Source: Selenomonadaceae bacterium
Lineage (GTDB): Bacteria > Bacillota > Negativicutes > Selenomonadales > Selenomonadaceae
Length of the DNA: 49,646 bases
NCBI GenBank assembly: GCA_016280345.1
Contig: JAEEGN010000226.1
Location: 1-49,646, forward strand
Direction of reading: 5' to 3'
Shown: piece by piece, positions 16,226 through 26,718 of the stretch
Layout of the letters: the number at the start of each line of letters is the position of its first letter
Numbering within the stretch: position 1 is the stretch's first letter
The notes under the pieces: generated by a model
Told to the model about the DNA's origin: nothing
What the model saw: only the letters and a program-made list of their open reading frames with translations
The model's database searches: none
Position numbers and translations under genes: made by a program

Positions 16226-19200
16226 ATGAAAACGAGATCAAGGAAAGAACTCCTGGCACGCCGCGTCAGTATCGCCCTGATGGCCGGCGCTTTTAGCATC
16301 ATCCCGCACCTGGGATATACTATGCCCTCCGGCGGGGAGGTACTCTCGAAAATCACCCCGGCCGGCGGTGGGGCGCCTGTGGATTCAGCTGCGATTTCAT
16401 CGAACGGGAACACCATGAACATCACCGCCACGCAGCAGAACAATGTCATTGCGTGGCAGGATTTCTCCGTCAAAAGCGATGAGCACGTCATTTTTGACGG
16501 CGGTGTTACTGCGGGTGAAAATGCCCATAACTATCTGAATCTCGTGGCCGGAAAAGGCTCCTCTTTCATTGATGGCGAAATCAAGGGCGGCAATAATGTC
16601 TATCTCGTGAATCCCAATGGCGTTATCCTGGGCGAGACGGCGAAAGTAGAGGTGGGGAATCTCTATGTCTCCACGCAGGACACCACGGCCCTGATCCAGA
16701 ACTATGCCGGCGGGGCGCAATGGAATGGTGACAGCCCTCTGTCGTCTTCTGGCGTTACGGATGTGGTGAACCTCGTTAATCCCACGGAAGGCTATGTCAA
16801 GGCCAATTCCGTTACCGTCAATGGCAATAATATCCGCTTCACGAATACGGAGAGTATTCAGGTTGCGGATGGTGGAGCGGTAAATCTCAACGCCACCGGG
16901 TACGTTCATATCGGCTATGAGGAAGGACGTGCCAATTATGCCAATCCGCTAAAGACTGAAGCGGCTTCGACAAAGGGCTGGAAAGTAAATAATCTTCAGG
17001 CAACCGCAGCCAATGATTATATGCTGGTCAGCAATTTTGATGACTTAAAAGCCATGGAATCCACTGGCAATTATATGCTGGAAAAGGATATAACAGCTGG
17101 GGCTTTTACGCCGATTTCTGATTTCTCTGGGAATTTCGACGGTAATTTTAAAACGATTTCCGGGTTGAATATCAGTCAAGATGGAAATGTCGGATTATTT
17201 AGCAAGGTAAATGGTAAGACAAGTACAAGCCGTATCGAGAATGTTGGCTTTGTGAACCCTAAAATTGAATCTGAATCCGATGGTTATGCAGGATGTGTAG
17301 CTGGTGTTGCGGAAAATGTTTTGATCCAAAATGTCTATCACTATGGGAGAGGTAGTTCTTATTATATTTATGGAGGAACAAATAAAGCTGGAGGTATTGT
17401 TGGTGAAGCAAAAAACAATACGTCAGTTTATAATTGTTTTAACGATGGTGCTGTTGATGATAATGCCGGAATTATTGGGAGAATAACGTCTTCTAATGTC
17501 CATGTTCATGATGTTTATAATGTCAATAGCTCTACGCCTTTCGGTATTGTCGCACAAACAAGCTATGAAGCAGCAACTGGCAAAGCCGATGTCACAAGGA
17601 CTTACTCTGTCACAAAGCTGTTTGGCACTGCGGCTGCAGGAAATCTGAATGAAACTGCATGTTATGGCAATGTAACCACTTCAACGGATTTCTCTGGCTT
17701 CGGCAACGCTATCAGCGACAAAGGCGGGGCCAATACGACCTGGCGGGCTTTGCCGGGGAGGACGCCGGTGCTTACGGCCTTCTTCCAGGGCAAGGTGGCG
17801 GTAGGGTATGACTATGACCACGCGAAGGAAGGCGTGGACTCCAGCACTTATCATAGCGGCACCAAACTGATGTCGGACGCCAGCCCCTCGTTGGTCTATA
17901 ACGGCGGTACTCTGGCGCTGGACAACGTCCAGATATCGGGCGGAAAAGCGGAATCGGTGACGCAGAGCACGACTAACGTCAAGAACGCGGGGACGTACCA
18001 TCTTTTCACCACGAAAAACGACGAGACGAGAACAGGACTGCCCCTTTACGACATTGTGGGCGGTGATTTCATAATCACGAAGCGCTCCCTGGTCGGTGAT
18101 TCTTCGGGACTTAGTACGCAACTGGTCAAGGAATATGACGGCACCTCAAATCTGATTTCCACTACGACAGAAGGGTATCTGGATATTCCAGCTTCGGGCG
18201 ATACAGGAATAATTCCTGACGATACCGTTCAAGTGACCAGTGGCTCAATAACCGGGCATTATTATGATTTTGCCAGTGAAAGCGAATATGTAAGCTATCG
18301 AAATAATGCCAGCGAATTGCAAAGGCATGAGGTAAAAAATGCTACGGAAAACTTGGCAGCTGTAATTGATTTGGGCAGCGGTACAAGTATTACTCTTGAC
18401 ACTGAGTCGGCGAAAAATTATGAATTTGAGCTGGCACCGGTTGATGGGAAAAACTATATTTATGCGACAGGTGCCATCACGCCACGCCAGATCGAACTGG
18501 TACTTAAGACCCCTACGGGTATCAATAAGACCTACGACAGCGATTCGTCGGCCAAAGGCGCCTATGCGCCGGCGGCGAATGTCAGGCTGAATCTGTCCAC
18601 GGCGGATAGCGCTGTCATTTCGGGCGATGGTCTTACCGCGCCGACGCTTGCCTTTGCGTCCGGCGCGGCGGGGACGTATCTCGCCGGCGAGACAGCAGCC
18701 ACGGACGCGAACCGCAACGCGGCGAATGACTCCTATGTGAATGGCGCGGGCGCACCCTACGATGTGCAATATACCGGTTTTCAGGTCAATGGTTTTGACG
18801 CGCTGGCGGCAACGGGGAACTATGCCCTGGTGGCAAAGGAAGACATCCGGGGCGGTCGGAGTGAATACACGCGGGTGGATTTGGATCAGGCGGCCGCCGG
18901 GACGCTGGAACTCTGGGGCACGGGCAATATCCTCCGCAAGCAGCTGGCGGCGGAAAATCTGACCTGGAAATGGACGACCGATGCCAATAACATCACGAAG
19001 GTCTATGACGGAAACTATAACGTGGCCGGGACGACCGCCGGCGGTACCGCGGTAACCGCGAATACCTATCTGACCGGCCTGGCCGTGAACCTCGGCGGGA
19101 CGACGCCGGAACCCATTACGGGCATTGATGCCGGTGATATTACCGCGTCCTATGCGTCCTCGAACAGCGGTAATTCAACCGCGCAGACGGTCACATTCAC

Positions 19201-22200
19201 GGTCGATCTCCACAACGCCGGAACCTCGCTGAAAAACTACGAGATTTCCGGCATGAGCGGCACCACGGTCAGCAACAACACCAAGACCGGTACGATTACG
19301 CCGAAAATGCTGACGGCGGCGTATCAGTCGGCGTCGAAGGTATATGATTCATCGACGAATGTGGTGGACGCGAACGGAACCGCGCTCACCGGTGAAAACA
19401 TTGTGAATCTTACCGGTTTTCTCGATGCTGACGTGGCGAAAGTTGAGAACGTCAGCACGGCGGCTTACACGGACAAGAACGCCGGGACGAACAAGAGCAT
19501 TAGATATAGCGTCGCGCTTGGAACGACGGACGAGGGCGCGGGCTTCGATTTGTCGAACTACAGTATTGCTGGTTCGGCTCTTTCAGCTGCCGTTCCAGTT
19601 ACCGTCGAGAACAAGGGGACGATTACGGCGCGCCAGCTGACGCTGACTGTGCCCCAGGCGCTTGCTGATACAGAGTACAACGGACAGGCGACGCGGACGG
19701 TCAATCTGGCGCTGAGTGACGGCGCAAATAACGCTGTGCTGCATCGTGACCAGCCGACGGCGACGGACACGCTGGCGCTGACGGCAAACTACGGCGACGC
19801 GGATGTGTCGCGCAGCGGCAATACCATCAACGCGAAGAATGTCACTTTCTCGAATATCCAGGACGCTTTCAAGGCTTCGCTCAAAGCGGCGGAGCAGGCG
19901 AATGCGCTCACGAACTACATTATTGTCGATTCCGCGAACAGCACGGGCAAAATCACGCCGGTGGAAATCAGTGCCTCTACGGTCCACTGGAAGGATGGCA
20001 TTGGCAGTATCGACAAGATCTATGATACGACGGCGGATGCGACGCTGCCGGCGGACAGTCTTGAATTTGACAATGCTGTCGCGCAGACAGAACTGGCGCT
20101 CTCGTCAAGCGGCGCGTATTACTATACGGCTGGAGATGTGAACCAGGCCCGGCAGAGCGACGTCGGTAATTACAACATCAAACTGGGGACGCTTTCCGTT
20201 GTCGATACGACGGGACAGAATTTCAATAACTATGATGTCACACTGACTTCGGAACAATTGGCCTCTTCTGGCCCGGCGCTTACCGGATCCATCACGCCGC
20301 GAACAATCAACGTGTCTCTTTCGGGGGTTCCGACAGACGGTATCAATAAGACGTATGATACGTATATTGCAGTTAATGACCCCAATCTGGTCAAGGGATA
20401 TGTAACGCATGACACAGCTTCGGCTGCGGAGGCAGCGGCAGGGACGGCCACGACCGGCATTATCGGTAATGACGCCGTAACGGTTTATGTTGATACACCA
20501 ACTTATGCGGATGCTAATGCGAATACGACAAACGATAATCCGACTGGGACCAAAACTGTCACATTTGCTCTCTCGTTGACCGGCACGGCAAAGAATAACT
20601 ATTTGCTGAAAACGGTCACGATGGATAATCCGGCGACTACTGCCACGCTAACAGCCGAGGGAAATATCTTCAAGCGCGGCGTCAATGTCGTTTTTCAGGA
20701 TGGCAAGAGTACGGGAATCAACAAGACGTATGAAGGTTATCAGAATACCGGACTGGGAACGGATGCGAACGGCTATGACTGGACGGATTATGGTTCCAGT
20801 CTTGCCTTGGATACCACGGTGGGAGCTACGACAGGAAACCTCAATGGGAACAATTTGACGCTGAATGTCGCGAACGCGACCGGGAATTACTATGCGAGTA
20901 ATACCTCGACCTCGGCTTCCGGCCACGCCGGGGAAAATCTGGACGTTCGGTACACAGGCTATACGTTGGGCGGTACGGCTGCGGGGAATTACTATATCAT
21001 CAATGACACGCTTCACGGTACTGGTACGATTGCCAAGAAGGTCATCAGCGGCAATACGATTGGCGTGCAGAATGGAGCGGTGGGTACGATTACCACTCCT
21101 GGAATCACGAAGGTTTATGACGGCACGACGGCGGCTGATCTCACGAACAAGACACTGACCTCGACGGGGTTTGTTGCGAACGATACCGTGACGCTAACGG
21201 CGACGGCAGGGCAGTATAACGCGGCGACGGTCGCGGACGCCAATACAGTAACATATTCCGGCGTAACGCTTGGCGGTGCGTCGGCGGGGGATTATGCCTT
21301 TACAGAGTACAAAGGCACAGGCGCGATTACCAAGAAAGATCTCACACTGACATTTGGCGACGCGACGAAGGTCTATGATGGAAATAAAAACGCGACAACG
21401 AGCGGGGCGAAAAACCTGTCCGGAATTGTGTCGGGAGAAACGATAGATATCAATTCTTTTGACGCGACAGGCGTTGCCACCACCGGATATAAGGGAACCT
21501 ACAATGACAAGGACGTTTTGGACGCGGATACGGTCACCTATACGGGGATTCGCCTTACCGGCAATACTTTGGATAACTACCGGCTGGTGAACGGTAGCGG
21601 AACGGCGCTGGCAGGTGATAATGAAACCGGCTACACAACGACAGGCAGAGGTACGATTACCCCGGCGCCGCTTACGCTGACGCTGGGCGAAGCGAAGAAG
21701 GTGTACGACGGGAATCAGGTTTATGGCCTTGGGAGCTATAAGGCTGATGGCACGGCGGTAACGAGGACGGCTTCCATTTCCGGCGCGCTTTACGGTGATA
21801 CTGTTACACTGTCTACTGGAACCGGAGGCCTGACAGGCGCGTTCAACGATTCGAACGCGGGGACCGAAAAGACCATTACCTATTCAGGATTGAATCTTCT
21901 CGGAGCGGATAGGGGCAATTATCAGCTTGTGAATGTTGACGGATCGGCTACGTCGGTTTCCGGCAACAACAGAACCGGTTACACGGCGACGGGTACCGGC
22001 ACGATCACGAAGCGGCCGCTGAATGGTTCCGGCAATTTGACGATTACCATCCGAAGCCCGGAAAAGACATACGACGCTACGAAAGCGGTTACTCACAATG
22101 GTTCTGCCTCCATGGACGAAGTAAAGAATTATGTCACTTATGTCGGTAGTACCGTTGGCACGACACTTAACTTGACAAGTGATATTGCCGTTACAAATGC

Positions 22201-24988
22201 GTCTTATGATACGAAAGACGCCGGGAACAGCAAGACAGCGACGTTCACGTTGCAGGTCGATCCCACGAATTATGATGTTACTGGGTTGCCCGACGCGAAT
22301 GCCACGGCGGGGACATTCACCTGGACGAAAACGGGCTCGATAGCCAAAAAGCTGTTGACAGTCAATCTGCCGGACGCGTCTGTCATCACCAAGACGTATG
22401 ACGGCACTGCGGATGTCGAACAGAACGTCAAATCTCTGGTGACGGTGAGCGGCCTCATTGACAGCGGCACGGCGCTGAATACGTCGGGCATTACTGCGGC
22501 CTATGCGGATAGTGCCCCTGGTGCCAATGACGCGAAGAACGCCGGGGGTAACAAGACGGTCAATTATGCGGGCCTCGTGCTGTCGGGTGCTGACGCGGTG
22601 AACTATACGTTTGATAATACGAACCCGGCGAATGTTGCTTTCGCGACGACGGGAACGGGTACGATTACCAGGAAGGATTTGACGCTGACGTTTGGCGACG
22701 CGACAAAGGTGTACGACGGGAACACGAACGCGCCGACAAGCGGGACAGCCAATCTGAGCGGCAAGGTGGACGGAGATGCCGTAGCCTTGATTGGTTATGA
22801 CGCAACCGGTACGGCTGCCACCGGTTATAAGGGAACGTATGATTCCCAAAACGTGACGGAGGCGACAACTGTCACCTATACGGCCATCAAGCTGACGGGC
22901 GACGACGCGGGCAATTACCGGCTCGTTGACGCTACCAACACGGCGCTTTCCGGTGACGAAACAAATGGCTACCAGACGACTGGCGCGGGTACGATTACGG
23001 CGAAGCAGATTACGGCGTCACTGGATCATGCCACTGATATCAATAAGGCATATGACGGCTCGGCTTCGGATACGGTGCGGGTCACGACGGTTGCTGAAGC
23101 CGCCGGAAAGAATATCAAGTTGGTTGCCGGTACCTTGACGAATGACGAGGTCGCTTCCCTGCAACTTGATATTACACGAACATACAAAGATATTACAACC
23201 GGGCAGGAAGTCAGGGACGCCATGGACGAAAGCGCGACGACGCCACTTCTGGGTGTGGACTATGTGCTGAAGTGGAACAACGCGAACTATGAGTTGGTGC
23301 CGGTGACGCTCAGCGGTACCGGCAAGATCACGAAGCGGAGGCTGTCGACGGCTGGCGTGGCGCCGGATGCGACGAAGGTGTATGACGGTACGACGGATCT
23401 CACCAATGATTCGCTGAAGAACCTTACCGGCGGCTTCATGGACGATGTCTTTACCGCTGACTACGAGAACAAGAAGTCCATTCTCACGGTGGCGGGAACG
23501 TATGACGATGTAAACGCGGCGGACAGCGCGTACAGCGATACGCTAAAAGCTCATACGGTGGATTATACGCTGACGCTGGCGAAGAACAACTCCTATGGCC
23601 AGTCGAATTATCAGTTCGATAATGGCACGGATACATGGGTGAAACAGGGTACTGGTACGATTGAGCGGGCGACGCTGCGGTATGCCACGACGCCGACGGA
23701 GATGACGGCGGGCGGCACAGTACCGGCGATTACCGGGACGTATAAGAGCGGTCTGGCAGCGGCGGACGCGGCAATGCGGGACGATGTCGAGGCGGCGACG
23801 GTGACGTTCACCCCGGTAGGCCTCAACCGCAATACGCCGGGCACCTACCAGGTGGCGGGGCGATACGTGGATGAGAACGGCGTTTCCCACCCGTACTTTA
23901 ATGAGAACTACGCGATTGCCGGAACGAACTTCACGGTGAAGGAACGGCCGGTCACGCCCGACCCCGATCCGGATCCGTACTATCCGGATCCGGAGCCGTA
24001 TAACCCGCCGGTGAATCCGGGCGGGAATACCCCCGGCGGCAATACTCCCGGTGGAAACCCGAATCCGAACCCGAATCCGGGTGGCAATGTGACCCCGGGC
24101 GGGAATGTAACGCCCGGTGGCAATGTAATACCCGGCACGAATCCGGGCGGCGGTACGAACGGCGGTTCTTCCAATGTTACTCCGTCGGGCTCGGGCACGA
24201 ACGGCGGGGGATCCGGGAATACGCCGGGGGGCACCGTCCTGCCGGGCGGTATCGTGATTCCGGGATCAGGCGGCGGCGCGTCGGGTACCGACCGTTCCGC
24301 GGCGGAAAATAACGGCACGGCGACGGTGATGTCAGACCTCACGACGGTCGATACGAAGTTCGTTCCGGATGATAAGGCGTATGCGCGGATTTCTCACGAT
24401 GCGAATACGGAGCGTTTCACCTTTGAATCGAATATCGGCATCCAGTATCAGGATACCGGGGTGAATATTTCGGATGTGGATCGCTCGGCCATCGGACTGG
24501 AGAGCGTCGGCGCGGCGGTGAATCTCGACGGCGTGCAGACGGGCTTCAAGGGCGTGATTGGTGTCTCGACGAAGGGGACCGGCGTGAATGTCGGCGACGA
24601 GGCTCTGCTGGCGGCAGCGACCGCGGCGGAGGCGGATAATCCGTCAGAGACGGCGGCATTGCCCGGGGAGACAGAGGAACCCGCTCCGACGACGGGTATT
24701 GGTCTGGAGCGCTGGGTTGCCCTGATGTCGGACGGCAGCCGGCCGGTAGAGATCGCGGGCGAGACGATGGATCCTTTTGATGAAAACGATACCGACGCGG
24801 CCCAGGCGACGATGACGCAGATGGCGACGCCGACGGGTCTCATCCGCATCAATTCGCAGGATGAGGACGAGGAGGAGCAGGAGCGACGCAACCGCGAGGC
24901 AATCGTAGCTGAGGCTTCCACGGACGACACGGCGCGGATCGGCATTGAAACGGTGGGCCGTGGTGTGAATCTGCAAGCGGTTTCCTGA
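16226..24988 (+). CDS. Giant two-partner-secretion exoprotein (TpsA; filamentous-haemagglutinin-type N-terminal TPS domain, GLUG-like domain, many YDG/MBG-type repeats, Pro/Gly/Asn linker, C-terminal domain)
   Basis: Signal peptide, then the TPS domain (NITATQQNNVIAWQDFSVKSDEHVIF ... NNVYLVNPNGVILGETAKV). GLUG-like segment (VGLFSKV..., GYAGCVAGVA, KAGGIVGEA, NAGIIGRI). Repeated K[VIT]YDG[TN] modules run through the body. The next gene is a TpsB. Confidence 0.9.
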   Translation: MKTRSRKELLARRVSIALMAGAFSIIPHLGYTMPSGGEVLSKITPAGGGAPVDSAAISSNGNTMNITATQQNNVIAWQDFSVKSDEHVIFDGGVTAGENAHNYLNLVAGKGSSFIDGEIKGGNNVYLVNPNGVILGETAKVEVGNLYVSTQDTTALIQNYAGGAQWNGDSPLSSSGVTDVVNLVNPTEGYVKANSVTVNGNNIRFTNTESIQVADGGAVNLNATGYVHIGYEEGRANYANPLKTEAASTKGWKVNNLQATAANDYMLVSNFDDLKAMESTGNYMLEKDITAGAFTPISDFSGNFDGNFKTISGLNISQDGNVGLFSKVNGKTSTSRIENVGFVNPKIESESDGYAGCVAGVAENVLIQNVYHYGRGSSYYIYGGTNKAGGIVGEAKNNTSVYNCFNDGAVDDNAGIIGRITSSNVHVHDVYNVNSSTPFGIVAQTSYEAATGKADVTRTYSVTKLFGTAAAGNLNETACYGNVTTSTDFSGFGNAISDKGGANTTWRALPGRTPVLTAFFQGKVAVGYDYDHAKEGVDSSTYHSGTKLMSDASPSLVYNGGTLALDNVQISGGKAESVTQSTTNVKNAGTYHLFTTKNDETRTGLPLYDIVGGDFIITKRSLVGDSSGLSTQLVKEYDGTSNLISTTTEGYLDIPASGDTGIIPDDTVQVTSGSITGHYYDFASESEYVSYRNNASELQRHEVKNATENLAAVIDLGSGTSITLDTESAKNYEFELAPVDGKNYIYATGAITPRQIELVLKTPTGINKTYDSDSSAKGAYAPAANVRLNLSTADSAVISGDGLTAPTLAFASGAAGTYLAGETAATDANRNAANDSYVNGAGAPYDVQYTGFQVNGFDALAATGNYALVAKEDIRGGRSEYTRVDLDQAAAGTLELWGTGNILRKQLAAENLTWKWTTDANNITKVYDGNYNVAGTTAGGTAVTANTYLTGLAVNLGGTTPEPITGIDAGDITASYASSNSGNSTAQTVTFTVDLHNAGTSLKNYEISGMSGTTVSNNTKTGTITPKMLTAAYQSASKVYDSSTNVVDANGTALTGENIVNLTGFLDADVAKVENVSTAAYTDKNAGTNKSIRYSVALGTTDEGAGFDLSNYSIAGSALSAAVPVTVENKGTITARQLTLTVPQALADTEYNGQATRTVNLALSDGANNAVLHRDQPTATDTLALTANYGDADVSRSGNTINAKNVTFSNIQDAFKASLKAAEQANALTNYIIVDSANSTGKITPVEISASTVHWKDGIGSIDKIYDTTADATLPADSLEFDNAVAQTELALSSSGAYYYTAGDVNQARQSDVGNYNIKLGTLSVVDTTGQNFNNYDVTLTSEQLASSGPALTGSITPRTINVSLSGVPTDGINKTYDTYIAVNDPNLVKGYVTHDTASAAEAAAGTATTGIIGNDAVTVYVDTPTYADANANTTNDNPTGTKTVTFALSLTGTAKNNYLLKTVTMDNPATTATLTAEGNIFKRGVNVVFQDGKSTGINKTYEGYQNTGLGTDANGYDWTDYGSSLALDTTVGATTGNLNGNNLTLNVANATGNYYASNTSTSASGHAGENLDVRYTGYTLGGTAAGNYYIINDTLHGTGTIAKKVISGNTIGVQNGAVGTITTPGITKVYDGTTAADLTNKTLTSTGFVANDTVTLTATAGQYNAATVADANTVTYSGVTLGGASAGDYAFTEYKGTGAITKKDLTLTFGDATKVYDGNKNATTSGAKNLSGIVSGETIDINSFDATGVATTGYKGTYNDKDVLDADTVTYTGIRLTGNTLDNYRLVNGSGTALAGDNETGYTTTGRGTITPAPLTLTLGEAKKVYDGNQVYGLGSYKADGTAVTRTASISGALYGDTVTLSTGTGGLTGAFNDSNAGTEKTITYSGLNLLGADRGNYQLVNVDGSATSVSGNNRTGYTATGTGTITKRPLNGSGNLTITIRSPEKTYDATKAVTHNGSASMDEVKNYVTYVGSTVGTTLNLTSDIAVTNASYDTKDAGNSKTATFTLQVDPTNYDVTGLPDANATAGTFTWTKTGSIAKKLLTVNLPDASVITKTYDGTADVEQNVKSLVTVSGLIDSGTALNTSGITAAYADSAPGANDAKNAGGNKTVNYAGLVLSGADAVNYTFDNTNPANVAFATTGTGTITRKDLTLTFGDATKVYDGNTNAPTSGTANLSGKVDGDAVALIGYDATGTAATGYKGTYDSQNVTEATTVTYTAIKLTGDDAGNYRLVDATNTALSGDETNGYQTTGAGTITAKQITASLDHATDINKAYDGSASDTVRVTTVAEAAGKNIKLVAGTLTNDEVASLQLDITRTYKDITTGQEVRDAMDESATTPLLGVDYVLKWNNANYELVPVTLSGTGKITKRRLSTAGVAPDATKVYDGTTDLTNDSLKNLTGGFMDDVFTADYENKKSILTVAGTYDDVNAADSAYSDTLKAHTVDYTLTLAKNNSYGQSNYQFDNGTDTWVKQGTGTIERATLRYATTPTEMTAGGTVPAITGTYKSGLAAADAAMRDDVEAATVTFTPVGLNRNTPGTYQVAGRYVDENGVSHPYFNENYAIAGTNFTVKERPVTPDPDPDPYYPDPEPYNPPVNPGGNTPGGNTPGGNPNPNPNPGGNVTPGGNVTPGGNVIPGTNPGGGTNGGSSNVTPSGSGTNGGGSGNTPGGTVLPGGIVIPGSGGGASGTDRSAAENNGTATVMSDLTTVDTKFVPDDKAYARISHDANTERFTFESNIGIQYQDTGVNISDVDRSAIGLESVGAAVNLDGVQTGFKGVIGVSTKGTGVNVGDEALLAAATAAEADNPSETAALPGETEEPAPTTGIGLERWVALMSDGSRPVEIAGETMDPFDENDTDAAQATMTQMATPTGLIRINSQDEDEEEQERRNREAIVAEASTDDTARIGIETVGRGVNLQAVS
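23948..24288 (+). repeat. Low-complexity Pro/Gly/Asn-rich coding repeats inside tpsA
   Basis: PDPDPDPYYPDPEPYNPPVNPGGNTPGGNTPGGNPNPNPNPGGNVTPGGNVTPGGNVIPG... is encoded by short imperfect tandem DNA units (ccgggcgggaat..., cccggtggcaat...). Confidence 0.85.
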
Positions 24989-25048
24989 CGACAGGAGCTT
25001 TGAGGAGTGAAAATAACCCTTTTCAAGGGATAAAAGGGAGAACCGAGG

Positions 25049-26704
25049 ATGAGGCTTTTCAGTTATCGAACGCTGGCGCAGGCTATCACGATGACGGTAT
25101 TGGCCGGGACGTTCGCGGGAACGGCTTTGGCGGCGACTTCGCTGCCGGAGCCGGGGGGCGAGGTGAAGGAACAGCTCCCGCAGCCCGGAGCGGAAGTGGA
25201 GAGCAATCTGCCGCCGCCGCCACCGGAGACGACGGAAACGAAGTTCACGGTAAAATCGGTTGACCTCATGGCGCCTGAGCTTAAAGTGAACAAGGAGGCG
25301 CTGACGAAGATTCTGGAGCCGGCGCTGAACCGCGAAGTGACGTTGGCGGAGTTTAACGAAATTATCGACCAGCTTACGGTATATTGCCGGCAGCACGGCT
25401 ATCCGGCGGCGGCGGCGTATCTGCCGGCGCAGGACAGCGTGAACGGCGCGGTGACGATCAATATCATTCCCGGCCGGTACGGGAAGGTCATCATCGAGAA
25501 CCACAGCAAATTGAAGGAAGATATCATCCAGGGGTTCCTGAACGGGCTGAAGCAGGGTTCGATCATTCGCACGAAGGGACTGGAGACGGCGCTCTACGAG
25601 ATCAGTGAGCTTTCCGGCACGAAGGCGGTGGGCGTACTGAGTCCGGGAGAGTCTTTCGGTTCCAGCGATCTGACGGTCCGGGTGGAGGACGGCAAGCTGT
25701 CGAATACGGTGCTCTATACGGAGAACTACGGCAGCCGGTCGTCGGGACGTTACCGTTACGGCCTTCAGGAAACGCTGTACAACGTCGGCGGGACCGGCGG
25801 CAAACTGAACGTGGGCGGACTGATTTCGAACAATCATCTGCACAATTACTATCTGAACTATGAGACGCTGATTGGCCGCAGCGGGGCTACGCTGGGGCTG
25901 GGCGTCAGCCGGATGGACTATGAGCTGGGCGGTGCGGCGCAGGAGTTTGGCGCCAACGGCGTAGCGAATACGCTGAGCCTGTTCGGCTCGACACCGCTCT
26001 ACCACATGACGGACCGCCGGCTGAAGGTGACTTACGGGCTGGATTTCCGGCGGATGAAAGACGATTATAGCAAGTATTCGATTCTCGACCGCAAGAAGCA
26101 TTCGGAGGTCGCCCACGTGGGCATCGAGGGTTCCGAGAAGCATCCGGGCTCGCTGCTGAACTACGACGCGACGCTCTATGTGGGGCGTCATCATAACGAT
26201 TCGTCGTCATATGGCGGCAAGATTCTGGACGATCTCAGCGATACGCAGGGAACGTTCACGAAGCTGGTGGCGGATGTGACCGGCGTACAATCGCTGGGGC
26301 ACCGCGCCGACGTGATGGTGAAGCTCCAGGGGCAGGCGGCAAGTCGTAATCTCGACAGTTCGGAGCAGATTTACCTGGGCGGCGCCAACGGCGTGCGGGC
26401 GTATCCGCAGGGCGAAGGCTCCGGTGACAAAGGCTTCCTGGGAACAGCGGAGTTCCGATTCTATACGAATCTGCCGGGCCTGGTGCTGAGCGCCTACCTC
26501 GATGCCGGCCATGTGGCGGGCCGCGGTGACGGAACGCTCAACGGCGAGACGCTGAAGGGCTGGGGCCTGGGAATCAGCTACTCGAAGCCGAACGACTGGT
26601 TCGCCCGCTTCGACTATGCCCGTCGCATCGGCAGCGATCCGAACATGAGCAGCGATGCCAGGAGCAAGCAGAGAATGTGGTTTATCCTGGGCAAGATTTG
26701 GTAA
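25049..26704 (+). CDS. TpsB outer-membrane transporter (ShlB/FhaC/HecB family, POTRA + Omp85-type barrel)
   Basis: Signal peptide MRLFSYRTLAQAITMTVLAGTFAGTALA. POTRA-like region (LTVYCRQHGYPAAAAYLPAQDSVNGAVTINIIPGRYG). DLTVRVEDGK...YTENYGSRSSGRYRYG, and a C-terminal barrel ending in an aromatic residue (...FILGKIW). Confidence 0.9.
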   Translation: MRLFSYRTLAQAITMTVLAGTFAGTALAATSLPEPGGEVKEQLPQPGAEVESNLPPPPPETTETKFTVKSVDLMAPELKVNKEALTKILEPALNREVTLAEFNEIIDQLTVYCRQHGYPAAAAYLPAQDSVNGAVTINIIPGRYGKVIIENHSKLKEDIIQGFLNGLKQGSIIRTKGLETALYEISELSGTKAVGVLSPGESFGSSDLTVRVEDGKLSNTVLYTENYGSRSSGRYRYGLQETLYNVGGTGGKLNVGGLISNNHLHNYYLNYETLIGRSGATLGLGVSRMDYELGGAAQEFGANGVANTLSLFGSTPLYHMTDRRLKVTYGLDFRRMKDDYSKYSILDRKKHSEVAHVGIEGSEKHPGSLLNYDATLYVGRHHNDSSSYGGKILDDLSDTQGTFTKLVADVTGVQSLGHRADVMVKLQGQAASRNLDSSEQIYLGGANGVRAYPQGEGSGDKGFLGTAEFRFYTNLPGLVLSAYLDAGHVAGRGDGTLNGETLKGWGLGISYSKPNDWFARFDYARRIGSDPNMSSDARSKQRMWFILGKIW

Positions 26705-26718
26705 CGCGAACGAAAAAG

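Noticed and set aside
16226-24988. TpsA as a contact-dependent inhibition (CdiA-like) toxin.
   Set aside because: There is no VENN/PT-VENN-type demarcation motif, no recognisable toxin domain at the C-terminus and no small immunity ORF between tpsA and tpsB. The gene order is A-B rather than cdiBAI. An adhesin is more likely.
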